Below, one piece after another: positions 1 to 15,875 of a DNA stretch of 64,000 bases. The number at the start of each line of letters is the position of its first letter. Position 1 is the stretch's first letter. The stretch is from the human T2T-CHM13v2.0 reference genome, Homo sapiens. The notes under the pieces are model-generated. The model was not told where the DNA came from and ran no database searches. It saw nothing but the letters and a program-made list of their open reading frames with translations. Position numbers and translations under genes: made by a program. The stretch lies in the NCBI RefSeq assembly GCF_009914755.1, contig NC_060925.1. The stretch is one strand, 5' to 3'.

Positions 1-343
1 AATGTAATAGCCACACAAGGAATATAAGTGTTGAAAATAGGTGGTGATGTTACAAATAGAAAGGGACAGATACAAGGAAAATGTCTTGTACATAAATAAT
101 GAAAAACTGCATTAATACTACATACCTATCAGAATGGCCCAAATCCAGAACATTGAAAACACAAATGTTGGTAAGGATGTGGAGAGAAAAAGGAATTCTC
201 ATTCATTGCTATGGAAATGGAAAATGGTACAGCCTCTTTGGAAGACAGTTTGGCAGTTTCTTACAAAACTAAACATACTCATACTATACAGTCCAGCAAT
301 CACACTTCTTAGTATTTATCCAAAAGAGTTGCAGCATGTTCGT

Positions 344-345
<2 letters not shown>

Positions 346-393
<48 letters not shown>
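346..393 (+). repeat. Pure poly(A)48 tract
   Basis: Uninterrupted A run counted directly. Confidence 0.95.
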
Positions 394-395
<2 letters not shown>

Positions 396-708
396 GCACA
401 CAAATATTTATAGTAGCTTTATTAGTAATTGCCAAAACTTGGAAGCAAACAAGATGTCCTTCAGTAGCTGAATGGATAAATAAACTATGGTACATCCAGA
501 AAGTAAAATATTATCAAATATTTAATAGAAGGGAGCTAATAAGCCATGAAAAACATAGAAGAATCTTATTAATAAATTCATACAACTAATGATGGAAGTC
601 AATTTGAAAAGCTGCATATTTACTGTGATTCCAATTATATGACATTCTGGGAAAAGCAAAACTATGGAGATAGTAAAATGAACAGAGGTTGGAAGAAAGG
701 GAGGGTTA

Positions 709-1206
<498 letters not shown>

Positions 1207-4179
1207 TCATTGTGCTTTCACCATTTGTAACAAATGTGCCTGTCTGGTGAAGGATGTTGGTAATAGGAGAGTCTATGTGTGTGTGGGAGCAAGGGGTATA
1301 ATAAGAAATTTTTGTACCTTCCCCTCGATTTTACTGTGAACACAAAGCTGCTATAAAAAATAGTCTTTAAGAATATAGTATCTAATCAATAAGTTTTTGT
1401 AACTGAGTTTATCCACATGTTTAAATTACAAAGAAGTAAAGAACATAGTTTTTGTGATTGAATAATCCTTTGTTGCATGTTCTTCTGAAAAAATAAAATT
1501 GAAAAAATTATCACTTACCATTTTGAATGTTCATACGATGCAAATCATTTATTTTCTTATCAAATATATTTATTGAATTTCCACCAACTGTATAGCTTAA
1601 CAATAATCTGTGTGGTGGTAGTATTCTGCTCATTTTTAATTAAAAATTACACTGACATAATATATAAAGCAGTGAAAAACAATTGTGCGATACTATATGC
1701 TTATGTATGTCTTAATTTTGAAATGTTATGAGCAAGAGGAGATGCATTCCCCCAAATATGAAATTGAAATTCAGTGTCATCTCTTTTCAGTTTAACTCAG
1801 TGTTCTGATATAAATAATTTAATTGCCAGACCACCTAGATAATAAAACAGAAAATACTATGTATGTGTGAGCGTCCTTCAAGGGAATTTAAAAATAAATT
1901 TTATTGAGAAATGAACATGACTAATTAGACCATAAAGTGTTCATAAGTTTGTATGTTTACAAATAGAAATATGGAGGAAATTTTAAACTCATGGAAATCT
2001 TATTCAAATCATGTCCCTCTACTCCCTGCAGGCATGCCCTCAGAACTTTTAATCTTTATGAAACATTTGAAGACCTCGAGAAAGGACAATACCCTTGGTT
2101 CTATACAGATGCTGTCATGAATTCATCTTATATCAGTTTCATGTAAGTCATTTTACTTTCCTGCCCCACTTTTATCATTTGTCAACTCAAAGACATCAAT
2201 TATGTCATCACTAAGATGCCTCACATGATTTCTGAAGACAGGAAATCCTCAGAAGTTGACATGTAATGAGAGAAATAATAAACATCAATAAAATATTCCC
2301 AGGTTTTTATGAGATTATTTTAGATAAAACACTTAATTGATAAGTGAATAACTGAAAACTTCAGGTTCTCAAATCAAACTAAATGAATATTTTATCACTT
2401 CTCTTCTTAAACTTTTGTTATAGCAAAATGATATTAAGTTATCTGTGTACTTGCTTGGATTTGAAAGGTCAGCGTCCCTTTCATGAGGAAAATTTTGTCA
2501 TGCCTCATATTAAACACAGAGTCAACATTGATACTTCGCTGTTTTTAATCAATGATGGGGCTACTGACAATATAATGAACTCTTATTCCTTGAATACCAA
2601 CTTTTATTTTAAATCAGTTGCTTGTCTTCTTGTAACACTCAGAATTCTTATTTGCAAAGTTAGCCCCTTTACTAGTTGCTCCCCACCATTTCCAATATAC
2701 AACCAGATAGATTTGAGAAACTGCAATCATTCACAAGGCTTACATATGGACAATGTGTATCAAAAAGTATTTCAAGATTGTTTCAAATATTATCTCAGTA
2801 ATAAGGTTTGGCCTAATATTTTCCATTTGTTCTTTTATTGTTTCTATCTGTCATGCACAGCCACGTGTGATAAGCAATTACAGAAGATCCTTTATGAAAT
2901 TGCATTATGTTGTGCTGTGTTCTGTGTTATGCGTAACCCAAGGCGTTTATCTTTACAACACTGAGTCAATTAAAAGAATATGGAATAGTTAGAGGATAAT
3001 AAGAGCAAGTAATTCAACAATTTGACATCTAACTCTTAGGACTGATTCTCAAGGTTATAGCAAATACAAAGTGTTTTCTGTCCTTTTTTGTCTTTGTGTT
3101 TAGAAATCTGAGAAAACAAACTAGAGAGAAGGCAACACATATTTCATTTTAGCTGTGAGCAACTTCCATTGTGAATCAAGGATTCATTCAAAATACATCT
3201 GGTATGAGGTTTTGCTTTTCACAGAATGGCAACATCTAACCTCATCACACAGGTGAGGACAAAGCAATTGTATCTTTTAGAGAGGTACACATTTTAAAAC
3301 TTCAGATGTGAGTTTTCAGATGTAGGAAAAAAAGCTTTGTAATTTCTCCTATAAAAAAGCCACCACTCACCTATATCTTGGGTGTGCTACATGAAGCACA
3401 CCAAGGAATATGAAGTTCAACTCTGTGATTATGATTTTCAAATGTTAAATAAATAAACAAATATGGTGAACTCTCCTCATTTGTTTCCCTTTGGTAGAGA
3501 AAAACAGGGCAAAAATGAAGTACAACCTGGTATAGAATTTATAGTGTGACATGCAAAATGTGAGATTATGTGTTCTTCACATTGCTTGCTTTATCTAAAT
3601 TTCATGTAGATATATGGACAAGACCCCATTCATCTTATGACTACAGTATATTGCACTTGAAAAAAAATAGTGTTCTTAAGCTTCATCTTTTTACAGAATC
3701 CATGTAGTCAAATACCATTGAGGATAGTTGTGTGGTCACTATGTTGTAATATCAGACAAAGATGACAGTGAATCTGCAAAAGAAGAAAGCATTCTGAGAA
3801 CCACTGATTCCAGAGCAGGTGAAGGTAAGAGTATATTTCAAAACAGAACACAAAAGAATCTATGCTCACAGGCTATATTTCGAAGGATAGATTTTTCAAA
3901 AATCTTTCCAATAATTAATAATCATGGGATTTAGAGTTCTAAAACTATGTTTCTACCCATTATATGCATAGAGTAAAACTATTAAACAATTGCTAGATGT
4001 CTCATTTATGCTATGAGTAATCAGAATGTTGAGAAAATAACTTTCACTGGATATAATCATAAAGCAACATTATTTCCTAAACTGCATTGGGGGAGTTCTT
4101 TCTTGGGTACTAGATACAAACACGCAGTTCCATGCCTTTGCAGATAATTCTTAGATTAAATACAAATAATATTAATCCA

Positions 4180-4549
<370 letters not shown>

Positions 4550-4829
4550 TCAAAACTCTTACCATTTGATCTAAAATGAAATATTCCCTCTATCGGCCAG
4601 GTTTGTAGTCTGTGGAACGGATGAATCCTTGTCTTTCCACTACTTATTCAGCTCATATTTGATATTTCTGAACACTCTGGAAGTGAAGTGAATATTGAAG
4701 ACAGTAAAGAGATAAGAGAAGGGGCAGCAAAGTTCTTACTTAACTGCTACAGTCAGCAACTGACTCTAAGCTTTGTAGACCTGGCTTTAAAGCTTCCTTT
4801 CTCTTATAGGGGACTTTAATGGTGTAGCA

Positions 4830-5320
4830 GTGATATTTTCTGTGTAGCAAACCATCTCAACACTTACTACCTTAAAACAGCAGCTCTTTATTATATCCCA
4901 TGAGTCAACAGGTCAGCTGTGTAATTCTGCTGATTGGACCAGACTTCTCTTATCTTGGCTGGGTTCTGTCAAAAGTCAGATGGTGGCTCCATTGGGGCTG
5001 AATAGCCTCAGAAAGCCATATGTGTGTTTGCAGGTGGGTTGACTGTCATCAGAGACAACAGGTTTGATTGGGTCATGTGCCTCATCTTTCAATAGTGTAG
5101 CTTCTTCCCATGACAAAGTACAAAAAGCAGTAAAAGAGAAGGTAAGCCCCAATGCAAAAGTGCTTTTCAAATTGCTGCTTATGATGTTTGCTTTTATCCC
5201 ATTGGCAAGAACAGATCACATGACCAAATATGAGTCAGCATGAGAAGGGGTTACCAGGGTGTGGTTGCAGGAATGTGGAAGAAATTCCAAGATTTCACTG
5301 CAGCATTGTACCACCTATGA
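4830..5320 (-). mobile_element. Degenerate MLT1-family (ERVL-MaLR) solo LTR
   Basis: ctgtgtagcaaaccatctcaacacttactaccttaaaacagc resembles a reverse-strand MLT1 end, and cccattggcaagaacagatcacatgacc is MLT1-like. Boundaries are approximate. Confidence 0.6.
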
Positions 5321-7369
5321 TCTCTTCAGAGACACTGTCCCTTATCTGTCATGTTTGCTTTTCTTGATGCAGATGGCATATTTCCTCTGTCTTAAAGGAT
5401 CCACTGCTATCCTTGGTTTCTCTTTGATAAGGTTTCCAGACTATGGGAAGCCCTCTTGGACACGATCCAAGATACATTAAGGTGACCTGTCTTAGTCACA
5501 TGACTGATAGCTGGTCTCTATAACACATCTGTATCCTTTGTCCAGTCAAACTCTGGGAAATACAGCCTCAGCCTAATGAAATCACCCATTTACTTCCAGA
5601 TGTGGAAGAACTAGCTACCCCACCTCTCCCCATTTGAATTTACCAGCAGGACAAAGACAGGTCCATTATATTACCCCAACTTCATAGCATATCAAACTCT
5701 CTACACAGTCCTGATGAAGCCAGTCCTACTAAGCTTGAGATAAGGGTCAGGAACCCATATCTCTTTGCACTTGGGAATGTTTGGACTCATAGTTCACCAA
5801 AAGTTATCTCTAAAATATATCTTTAAATCTCTCTTAATTACCAACAACATAATTTATTCACAACCTGGATCTAGGTGAGAATTAATAACTTTGTAATCAA
5901 ATTTTTCTTTTAAAAATATTCATCTTAGTATGACACTTCAGTTTGGAGTTTCATAAATATCATTTCTATGGTCTCTTGGTTCCTCAGTTACAAATGCCAA
6001 ATTAACATCTTTAATGTGGAAAGTGACAAAATTGGGGAAACAATTAGGCATTGTAACTCCAAGTAAAAAATAATGATAAAATAAATTATAAAAAAATTGT
6101 ATTTAATTTCGTACTTATCGATTTAAATTCACCATTGTAGACTGGGCAGAGTATCTTAAAGATCACTCTTAAATCACTTTATTACCTCTTTCACCCAGGT
6201 CTACATCAATTAAAAATATGGTGGTTGTGTTCCTTATGCCTTTATCTAGGTAAACAGTAGAAGTATTAAAGACTAGAGAATCAAAATCAAAGTTCCCAGT
6301 CTTGCCATGAGTGAATATCCTCATTGTTGAAATAAAGCCATTCATAATTTATTAAGCAAATATTCTAGATCATTAGTATAGAAATTGCTAAAAGGAAAAA
6401 AAAATCACATGAAAACTTTAAAGAAATGGATTGAGCTATTAAACTGCAGGATTTGACACATGGTAAACAAGCAACAAATATTAGCATTCATACAATTATG
6501 ATATCAAATACCCAATAATGTTTCCAAGGATCCTTAAATTAGCAATTGCTGAAGTTAGGTTTAAATCTCTCATGTGTTCTTTCATCTATATATCCAAGCC
6601 CTCCATCCCACAGAACACTCAACCAAAATCTAACCACACAGATTCTTACAGTTCATTTTTCTTGAAATAATTATTTTAAATATTACTTCTCCATGACATA
6701 TTTATTATACTGGGGACAGAGTAAGTGTTCAGGAGAATAGCAAGCTAACGGTTCCTAGCTTTTCACATGACACAAAGTTGCCGCTACTCTTTGAGCAATA
6801 TTTCTTAGACTCTCCCAAATCCCACACCAGATGTCACATACACTTTACTGTCTGATAATTACTTCTTTCTCTCCCATTTTTCTACTCTTCTTACATTTTG
6901 AGAAGACAGATCTTAACTATCTTGCTTAGGACCACCTCTTTCGTCCTAGACAGACTTTCTAGATTTCTTCCTTCCCTTTACCCAGTGGGAAGCTCTTCAC
7001 AGGGAGCTGAAGACTCTTAAGTAGACACTCATGTGGCTTAACCATAAGAATCCTGTGACTCTTTTGTATTTGTTTCTGTCTTACCACTGAACCAAAAAGT
7101 GGTTTATTTCCATCTCCTTACTTTCATCTTCCCACAGAAGACAATGATTCCCACATCTCTTCAAACACCTGAGTATCTTCTTCACTAAGTCTTCTTTCAA
7201 GAAAGTGTTCTGGGATTTTTTTCCCCAATTACTCCTACCTTCTCCACTTAGAATACAGTTAATTAGTTTCACTTATTTTGATATTCTTTTTTTTTCTTTC
7301 TGAGATATCTAGAAATCATGTAATGTTTCTTCCAGGTGAGTCACTATTATTTTTCCTTGCTTTTAATAC

Positions 7370-7580
7370 ATCCTTCAGTTGGCACCTTAGCACTCATATA
7401 TAGTTTGTTTTGTTAGAATTCACACTATTGTCTCCAACTGGAATGAGAGTAAGGCTTGCTCTTGCTTACCATGGTAGCTGAAACCTAAAAAGTGTTGGGT
7501 ACATAGTAAGCTAAAAAGTGATGGAGACATAATAAAAGTGATGGATACATAGTAAGCTCTTTATGAATGATTGAATCAGT
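7370..7580 (+). mobile_element. L2 3' end relic
   Basis: ggtacatagtaagct followed by a tgaatgattgaat tail. Confidence 0.5.
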
Positions 7581-8003
7581 GGGTAAATTAATGAATATTC
7601 TTTTTCTACTTGAGTGTCCATGTACCACAATATTACAAGTCATTTTAATCAAAATAGTTAACCCACTAATCTTCCTAAAAAGCGATTTTATATATAACAC
7701 TTCTATTATCAAAAGATAAATTTTATTCATCACTTTAAACAGAATCCAAACATTCTGGCCTGTGTCCAGTCATTTGTATCATTTATTGAATTCCTGCAAT
7801 ATAAAAGCATTGTGGAGTCCAGATACATCCTACCGCTCTTCCAGTCAAGTGAGAAACACTATGAAAGCACATAGTAGTATAAGTCACAGTAGGAAAATCA
7901 TACCAAAAGAGAAATATAAAAATAAACTTTGGTAATGTTTAGGTAGTTACCATAAATAGCTACTACCTGGGGAAGGATTCAGGGAAAGTAAAATGAAAAA
8001 AAA

Positions 8004-8213
8004 TTCTTTCTCTCTCTTTTCTTCCTCTCTTCCTTTCTTTTTTCTTTCTTTCTTCTTTTTTTCTCTCTCATTTATTCTTTCTTCCTCTCTCTTTCTCTTC
8101 CTCTTTCTTTCTTTCTCTCATTCATTCTCTCTTTCTCTCTCTTTCTTTCTTTCTTTCTCTCTTTCTCTAGCTTCCTTTCTATTTTCATTTATTTACTTTC
8201 TTCTTTCTTTTTT
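8004..8213. repeat. CT/TTTC-rich low-complexity polypyrimidine tract
   Basis: About 210 bp almost entirely C and T. Confidence 0.95.
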
Positions 8214-8720
8214 GCAAAGTCTGCTGGAAAGGAAAAGAGAATTTTGGGAGAACTAAATAGTAGACATAGGACACAGAAATAAGAATAACAAGTTTTCCAG
8301 TTTCACATTGGAAGATAATCTGGGCACACTTCAAATTCTATTCAATTTTTCCCTGTTCTCTATATATTTTTGCATCTACATCACAGTTGACATCCTTCCT
8401 TGAATTTGAATCACTATAGTCTTAATCTTCCCTAAATTATATTTCAATATCCTTATGTCACATGCAAAAAAGACACTCAATAAATTCTCTTGCTAATGAT
8501 ATATTATAAAGTAATTAAAAATGAACAAACAAACATTGGTGAAGCTTCCGGAATCCTGAAACCAAATATTAAGGGCAGTTCAACAATTATTTGGACTCTG
8601 TTGAGATTAGAAAGATAGGTGGAGGAAAATAAGCACAGGTCAATAGCTTCAGGTCTCTTCTGAACCTTTAAACCTTTGGTTTCTTGCTGAGCACCTAGAA
8701 AATGACCAGGTCAATACTCA

Positions 8721-9071
8721 TGCTGTGGTCTGAAAATGTGTGTCTCTCCAAATTTTATATATCAAAATCTAATCCCCAATGTGTTGATCATAAGAAGTGG
8801 TGCTTTTGGTAGGGAGTAGGTCATGAGGATAGAAACCTCATATATGGGAATATTGCCCTTTTAAATGAGGCTTGTGGGAGCTTGTTTGCAACTTCTACCA
8901 AGTAAGATCACAGAAGGCAGTATCTAAGACGAAAAGGCTCACTAGACATCAAATCTGCTGGTGTCTTGATCTTGAACTTCTCTACCTCCAGAAATGTGAG
9001 CAATAAATTTTTGTTGTCTGTAGATTACCAGCTCTAAAATGTTTGTTATAGCAGTTCAAATAGGTTAAGAC
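8721..9071 (+). mobile_element. MLT1A-like MaLR solo LTR
   Basis: Starts tgctgtggtctga, contains cttgatcttgaacttc and aataaatttttgttg, ends taagaca. Confidence 0.8.
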
Positions 9072-9540
9072 ATCCCATATGACAATCAGCCTTTTTATCA
9101 TTTATAATTTGCAATTCATAGTCATGAGTTTATTCCCTAAGATTTCAGTTTTAATCACTTTCTGAGATCGTCTTTTTCTGTGGTCATTCGCCATAACACA
9201 TGTGTTTATTAGATGTTAATTGTGCTAGGTGCTCTGGTTATAAGGATTTATGAAGCATAGCACTCAGGGAATTTACAGAATAGTGTAAAAAATAGGTGAA
9301 TGTCTAATTTGAATAAACTGATTTTTGAGAACATTTAGTATGTACTAGTTTGAAGCATGGCCAAGAAAAAAAAAATCACAGGAGAATTCTTAGAAAAAAT
9401 AAACCTTGAAACTTGAAATGAGACTACAATGTTAGATAAAAGTCAGTCAATTGAAGATGACAAATACAGGCATCACAGGCAAAGTACTCAAATTAGGTAT
9501 TTTTATATCTTTTATTCACGTAATATTCCAAGTAATGAAA

Positions 9541-10060
9541 TCATTGCCTGCTGCGTAGTAGGTAAGCCATCAATACATATTGAATGAATATAAATATATG
9601 AATGAATGAATAAAATATCATCCTATAAACCAAAAATGAGCAGGGTGCAGAGGTGTGGGGAATCATTAACTGCGTTAGTACCACTGGAATCTTAGAAATC
9701 AGATGAAGAGTAGTTGGAGCTGATGCTGGAAAGGCAGGCAGGACCAAATTATGGAGGGCTCCAGGTACTACTGACAAGGAGCTAGAGAAAGATTGTGAGA
9801 AGAATTGTTTGGTTAGATTTCATTATGATAGATCACTCCAGGATGGGTTAAAGGATGGACTGAAGGACCAAGACACAAGGTAGCAGCACCAACTGTGAGG
9901 CCACAGCAAGGGCACAAGTCAGAGGTGACGAGTATCTCAAATGTAACACTGGGAAGAAGGAGAGGAGCAGACAGGTGAATCTTTATCATGCTGAAAGTTG
10001 GAATTCCCATGCTGACACACAGTCTTAGGATCACATGCATATTTTTAGGAGGTAGAAACA
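9541..10060. mobile_element. L2 relics
   Basis: gtagtaggtaagccatcaatacatattgaatgaat tail, plus degenerate purine-rich L2-like body. Confidence 0.45.
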
Positions 10061-10177
10061 AGTCAGTATGTGGCTGGCTAAAATGTAGAAACATAATTTA
10101 ATCTGAAAATTAAAACAGTGACTGTGCCCACAGAAAAGGGGAGGGATAATTTTGAGTCGGTAATGAAAAGAAAAACA

Positions 10178-10430
10178 GGCCAGGCACAGTGGCTCACACC
10201 TGTAATCCCAGCACTTTGGGAGGCCGAGGTGGGCTGATCATGAGGTAAGGAGTTTGAGACCAGCCTGACCAACATAGTGAAACCCCGTCTCTACTAAAAA
10301 TACAAAAATTAGCCAGGCCTGATTGGGTGCACCTGTAATCCCAACTACCTGGGGCATGAGAATTGCTGGAACCCAGGAGGCAGATGTTGCAGTGAGCCGA
10401 GATCACACCACTGCCTTCCAGCCTGGCAAC
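10178..10430 (+). mobile_element. AluS, 3'-truncated with no tail, fused directly to L1
   Basis: Alu sequence runs to ccagcctggcaac and continues straight into L1 sequence. The right arm has a small deletion. Confidence 0.9.
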
Positions 10431-10696
10431 TAGAACTCTCTAATATTGGGGTTTTGTGTGGAAAGCAGTACAGCCACTTTGGAAAAACACTTAGACAATT
10501 TTTAATGAAGTCTTTGTAATGAATTTGAACATATACTGACCCCATGACCCAGCAATTCTACCTTTCGGCATTTATCTAAGAGATATGAAGGCATACCTCC
10601 ACAAAACATCTTGTGTAAGAATATGTAAAGTAGCTTTGCTCATGATAGCTCAAACTGAAAATAACAAGTGCCCATCAATAAGAAAATGGATAAGCA

Positions 10697-11707
<1,011 letters not shown>

Positions 11708-14700
11708 GTTTATGCATGATTTCATTTATCTAAAGTTCAAAAACAGGAAAAGCTAACCCATGATGAGCCCAATTAGAAAAAAAAGCGGTTCTCTTGGCAG
11801 TTGGGAAATGAAAAATAATGGTGAATGTACTGAGAAAAGAAATGAGGGAACTCTGTAGAGGGCTGGAAATGTTCCAAATTTTGGTGATATTTGAGATTGA
11901 TCAGTAAATGGTGTGTGTCAAGATTCACTGAATTGTAGATGTAAGATTTGTGCATGTTATTATATTAATTTTTATGTCAAAATTATAAACAACAAAAAAC
12001 CACTCTCAAGTTTTGAGGCCGTTATTATCAATTAATGTGACATAACTAATACATAAAAATCTGTAAAACTAAACCTGCAAGTCAAATTTACCGACAGTAA
12101 ATGAATTAAATCTTAACACATGTGTCTCTAAGTTTCTACAAATGAGAAATAAGGAGAGTTCTCTCCTAGCTTTAGTTGTAAGTATAATTACCTTTGTTTA
12201 TGCAAAGTTTATTATTTCCAAATTACTCACCAAGGGCCTGATTAAAAATGGTGTTCATGCTCCTTATTCTTTAGTTCAGTAATGTGTTTCTCAAAGAAAG
12301 AAAAAAATGCTTATTATGCACCCAAATTAATTAAATTTGAAAGGTTTGCTGTTCATGAAATTTCTTCTGATAGTGCAACTGTATCCCTTTCAATTGCACT
12401 ACTGGGAGGTGAGAAATCTAAGGAAAGGGTAGTGGGAAGGAAAATAAAATTACAATAAATTTACACTGCCCAAATGCCATACATATATGGCCACTGGAGC
12501 AGAAGTCCTGTACATATAGCTGAGGGAATAAAAAAAAAAAAAAACCCTGTTGGGAAACTGACTATTCTCCACTAAGTAGCATGCGGCCCTCCGTTCACAT
12601 CTGTTCCCAGGCTTCCACAAACATTCCATTTGCTGAGCATGTAAGTATCCTTTAATTTATCAAGATATTGGTAACAGCTCACCAATTCCTCCAATGTTAT
12701 TTTGAGTTTCAAATGCAAGTCATATAAAAATAATAATGAACTTTGCACAAGGAAATTTGAATAAGAATAAATTTATCTTACTAAAAATTACTACCAGAAA
12801 TATAAAATTCATTTTCTATTGCATATCTTTTGGTCAACCTGTGGAACAATATTATGTTGTTGTACTAAATGCGAATTGTTATTACCACACTAGTTCTTAC
12901 TTTGAAGTCAAAATATAGCCAAACCACTAAGGTCATTTTAAACTCGAAACAGACAGCTATAAAGGTACAGGCAGAGGTGTAGATACAGAACTAGGAATAG
13001 AAATAGGACAAGAGTAGGTACAGGAATAGATATGGTATAGACAGAACAGTGCTTAGGTATGAAAAGAAAAGTGATTATGTCTGTAGGTTTAGGTGTCAAA
13101 ACTTGGCTTGCATTGTTATGTACAAAAGGAAAAGTGTCAAGTAATAAGAATCATAAAGGATAAGGTAATAGTTTCCCATAAACCTGAGATAAGCATTAAA
13201 TTTATCACCAACCTTTCTAAATACCTAATGATAACAAGCAAAAGGAAAAAAAAAGAAAACCAAAAACAAAACATTATTTAAAAAATGTCTTTTATTCAAG
13301 AGAAGCTTCTTCTTCTTCTAATTATTATTATTTTTTTACTACTTTTTAGGAGAGTTCTGTCATGTGGTACTTTAAACAAAAAACAGTTACATAACAGACA
13401 GCTGATAAACAGGATTTTCTTTCTAGATCTCAGCAACTAAAGTTCCAAGAACTTTAGGAATAATCCCCATATATTCATATATTTAAAAGACTTAAGCATT
13501 ATTTCTAAAATGTTTTTATATATTATGATTCACCATATAGTGGAATTACAAATGTAAAGCTCAAATTTAAGAATGCAAAGACAAAAATGCTGTTGCATTT
13601 TTGATGACTAAACTAATCTCACTCCTTAGGTAGTGAACATTTTTCCTGGATTCTTAAGCACCTGGAGATTTTTTCTCTGTTAATTCTGAGTCGCTGTAGC
13701 TTATTCTGGTTCTAGGGATTTCACTGAAAGTTGCCTGTAATCCCTAGTTGATCTCTGCTTCACTGTTGACCTTATAGCCATAAACTACAGAATTGCTTTG
13801 TGCCTTCTTTCTTTAACATCTCTGATCCCATATATACACTTTCATACAACAATCAAAGATATTGCTTCTGAAGAAATCATTATCCAGTATCAAAAGCTCT
13901 ATTTCTGGCTCTGAATGGAGCTGATAGTGAACTCTGGATCTGTGGTGTTCAAACTCAAACTGAGGGAAACTTAAGAAGAGAAATTCTGATCTTCTATCTG
14001 CCTCCTCACCATACCACTACTTTTACCCTGATGAGCAAATCTTCTTTACATGTTGCCACAGGACATCCCTGAGAAGCCCTAATCATCTACTTCCACAAAA
14101 ATCCATATGGTGTGTGGGACACAAAATTCTACACTTTTGATTTCCATAATCTAATCTATCATTCCATTCTTGTTAGAATTTTGGCTCTGGAAAAGAAAGT
14201 ATTGTGACTATGTTACGGAACTCTTGGGTATCTTCTCTTTCTTTGAGTTTCTCAGCCAGTAGTCTTTCCTTCACCTTTGCTGTTAAACAAGATATTGTTC
14301 TTTGTCATAATCTTTTTCTTGCTCAAGTGACATTCGTACTTTCCATTTTAATGGGGCCATAATGTCAGTATGACTTTCAAAGCTGATTCATGTGGGAGAG
14401 GCCTAAAAAGTATACTTGTTCATTTAATACTTTTAAAATATTATCTTCATTACACTTGATGGATTTTCCAGCTTATTTTCCATCTGTAGTGCTGCCTCTG
14501 ACATCACAATTAAAATACGTTAATGCTTAGATGTCACACATACAACAACTAATTTTTCTGGCTTTGGGGAGAAAACACACAAGTGTATTTTCCAGCTAAG
14601 GAATCATACATATTGAGCCCAATGCTTTAAGTTATTTAGCCATATAAGATGCAAATACATTTTATCTTTTCATTTTAAATATATTGCTAAATAATCTACA

Positions 14701-15357
14701 CAGTTTTCAAGAAGATTAGCATATGTAAGAAATTACTGCCTAACCACAAGTCAGAAGATTTACTCCTACATTTCATTCTGAGTGTTTTTAACTTTGGCTC
14801 TTAGGTTAAGGTCTATGATCCAATTTGGGTTAATTTTTGTTTATGGTCTTGAGGTAAAGGTCTTAATTTCTTTTTTTTTTTTTTTTTTTTAGTAGATTCC
14901 CGTAGTTCCAACAGCATTTGTTGAAAAACTATGATTTCCAGTTGAATTATCCTGGAACACTTACCAAAAAATTAACTTATCATAAATGCGAGGATTTATT
15001 TTTGGACTTTCAATTCTATTTATTTCATCTATATGTCCATTCTTATGCCAGTTCCACATTGTCTTGATTACCATTGCTTTGTAGTTAAGTTTGGAAACTG
15101 AGAAATGTGAGTCCTCCAAATTTATTCTTTTTCAAATTTGTTTTGACTTGTCTGGGTCTCATGCCTTCCCACATAAAATTTAGGAACAAATTACTAATTT
15201 TTGAAAAAAAAAAGCCAGCTTGGATTTTGATAGCATCTGTGTTGAATGCACAGCTTTATTATTAGGTGAATGTATTTTTATAATTGCTATTTATTTCTGA
15301 AGGATTGTCCCTTTTAGTATTATAAAACAGCCATTTTTTTCTAGTGATAATTTATCT

Positions 15358-15361
<4 letters not shown>

Positions 15362-15396
<35 letters not shown>

Positions 15397-15409
15397 GTGT
15401 GTGTGTGTG
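15362..15409. repeat. (AT)n followed by (GT)n microsatellite
   Basis: Seen directly. Confidence 0.9.
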
Positions 15410-15875
15410 CATGTAAAGAAATTATACGTACATATGTGTATTTGATATCGGTATGGACACTCCAGTTCTGACTACTTGCCTGGCATATCATTTATATTTT
15501 AAACCTATTTACTTTAAACCTATTTTTGTCTTCAAATCTAAAGTGCATATTTGTAGACGGTACAGAATTTGATTGTTTTTTAAAAAATCAATTCTACCAA
15601 ACCTCATAATTTTGATTAAACTGCTCATTCTATTTAATTTTAATGTAAGTGCTGATAAGACTCAAGACTACTAGTTTTCTATTTGTTTTTTATATATCTA
15701 TGTCTCTCTTGTTCCTTTTTGTTCTTAATAATTAACTTTTTTGTGTTATGTATTTTTTTCTGTTTATTATTTTCTGGTATACTCTTTTAAATTCTTTCTA
15801 ATTTATTTTACTCCTTAAATATTTTTCAAATATTTAATTTGAAATATTTGTTTAAGGGATTACAATCAATACGTA

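Noticed and set aside
134-589. 151-aa ORF with poly-Lys
   Set aside because: Decayed L1 ORF2 C-terminus; the poly-K is just the A48 tract.
2383-2964. 193-aa plus-strand ORF
   Set aside because: No recognisable domain and a composition typical of random AT-rich DNA (rich in L, F, C, I). No promoter or splice support.
7993-8256. Phe/Ser/Leu-rich, membrane-like ORF
   Set aside because: Translation of a CT-rich simple repeat.
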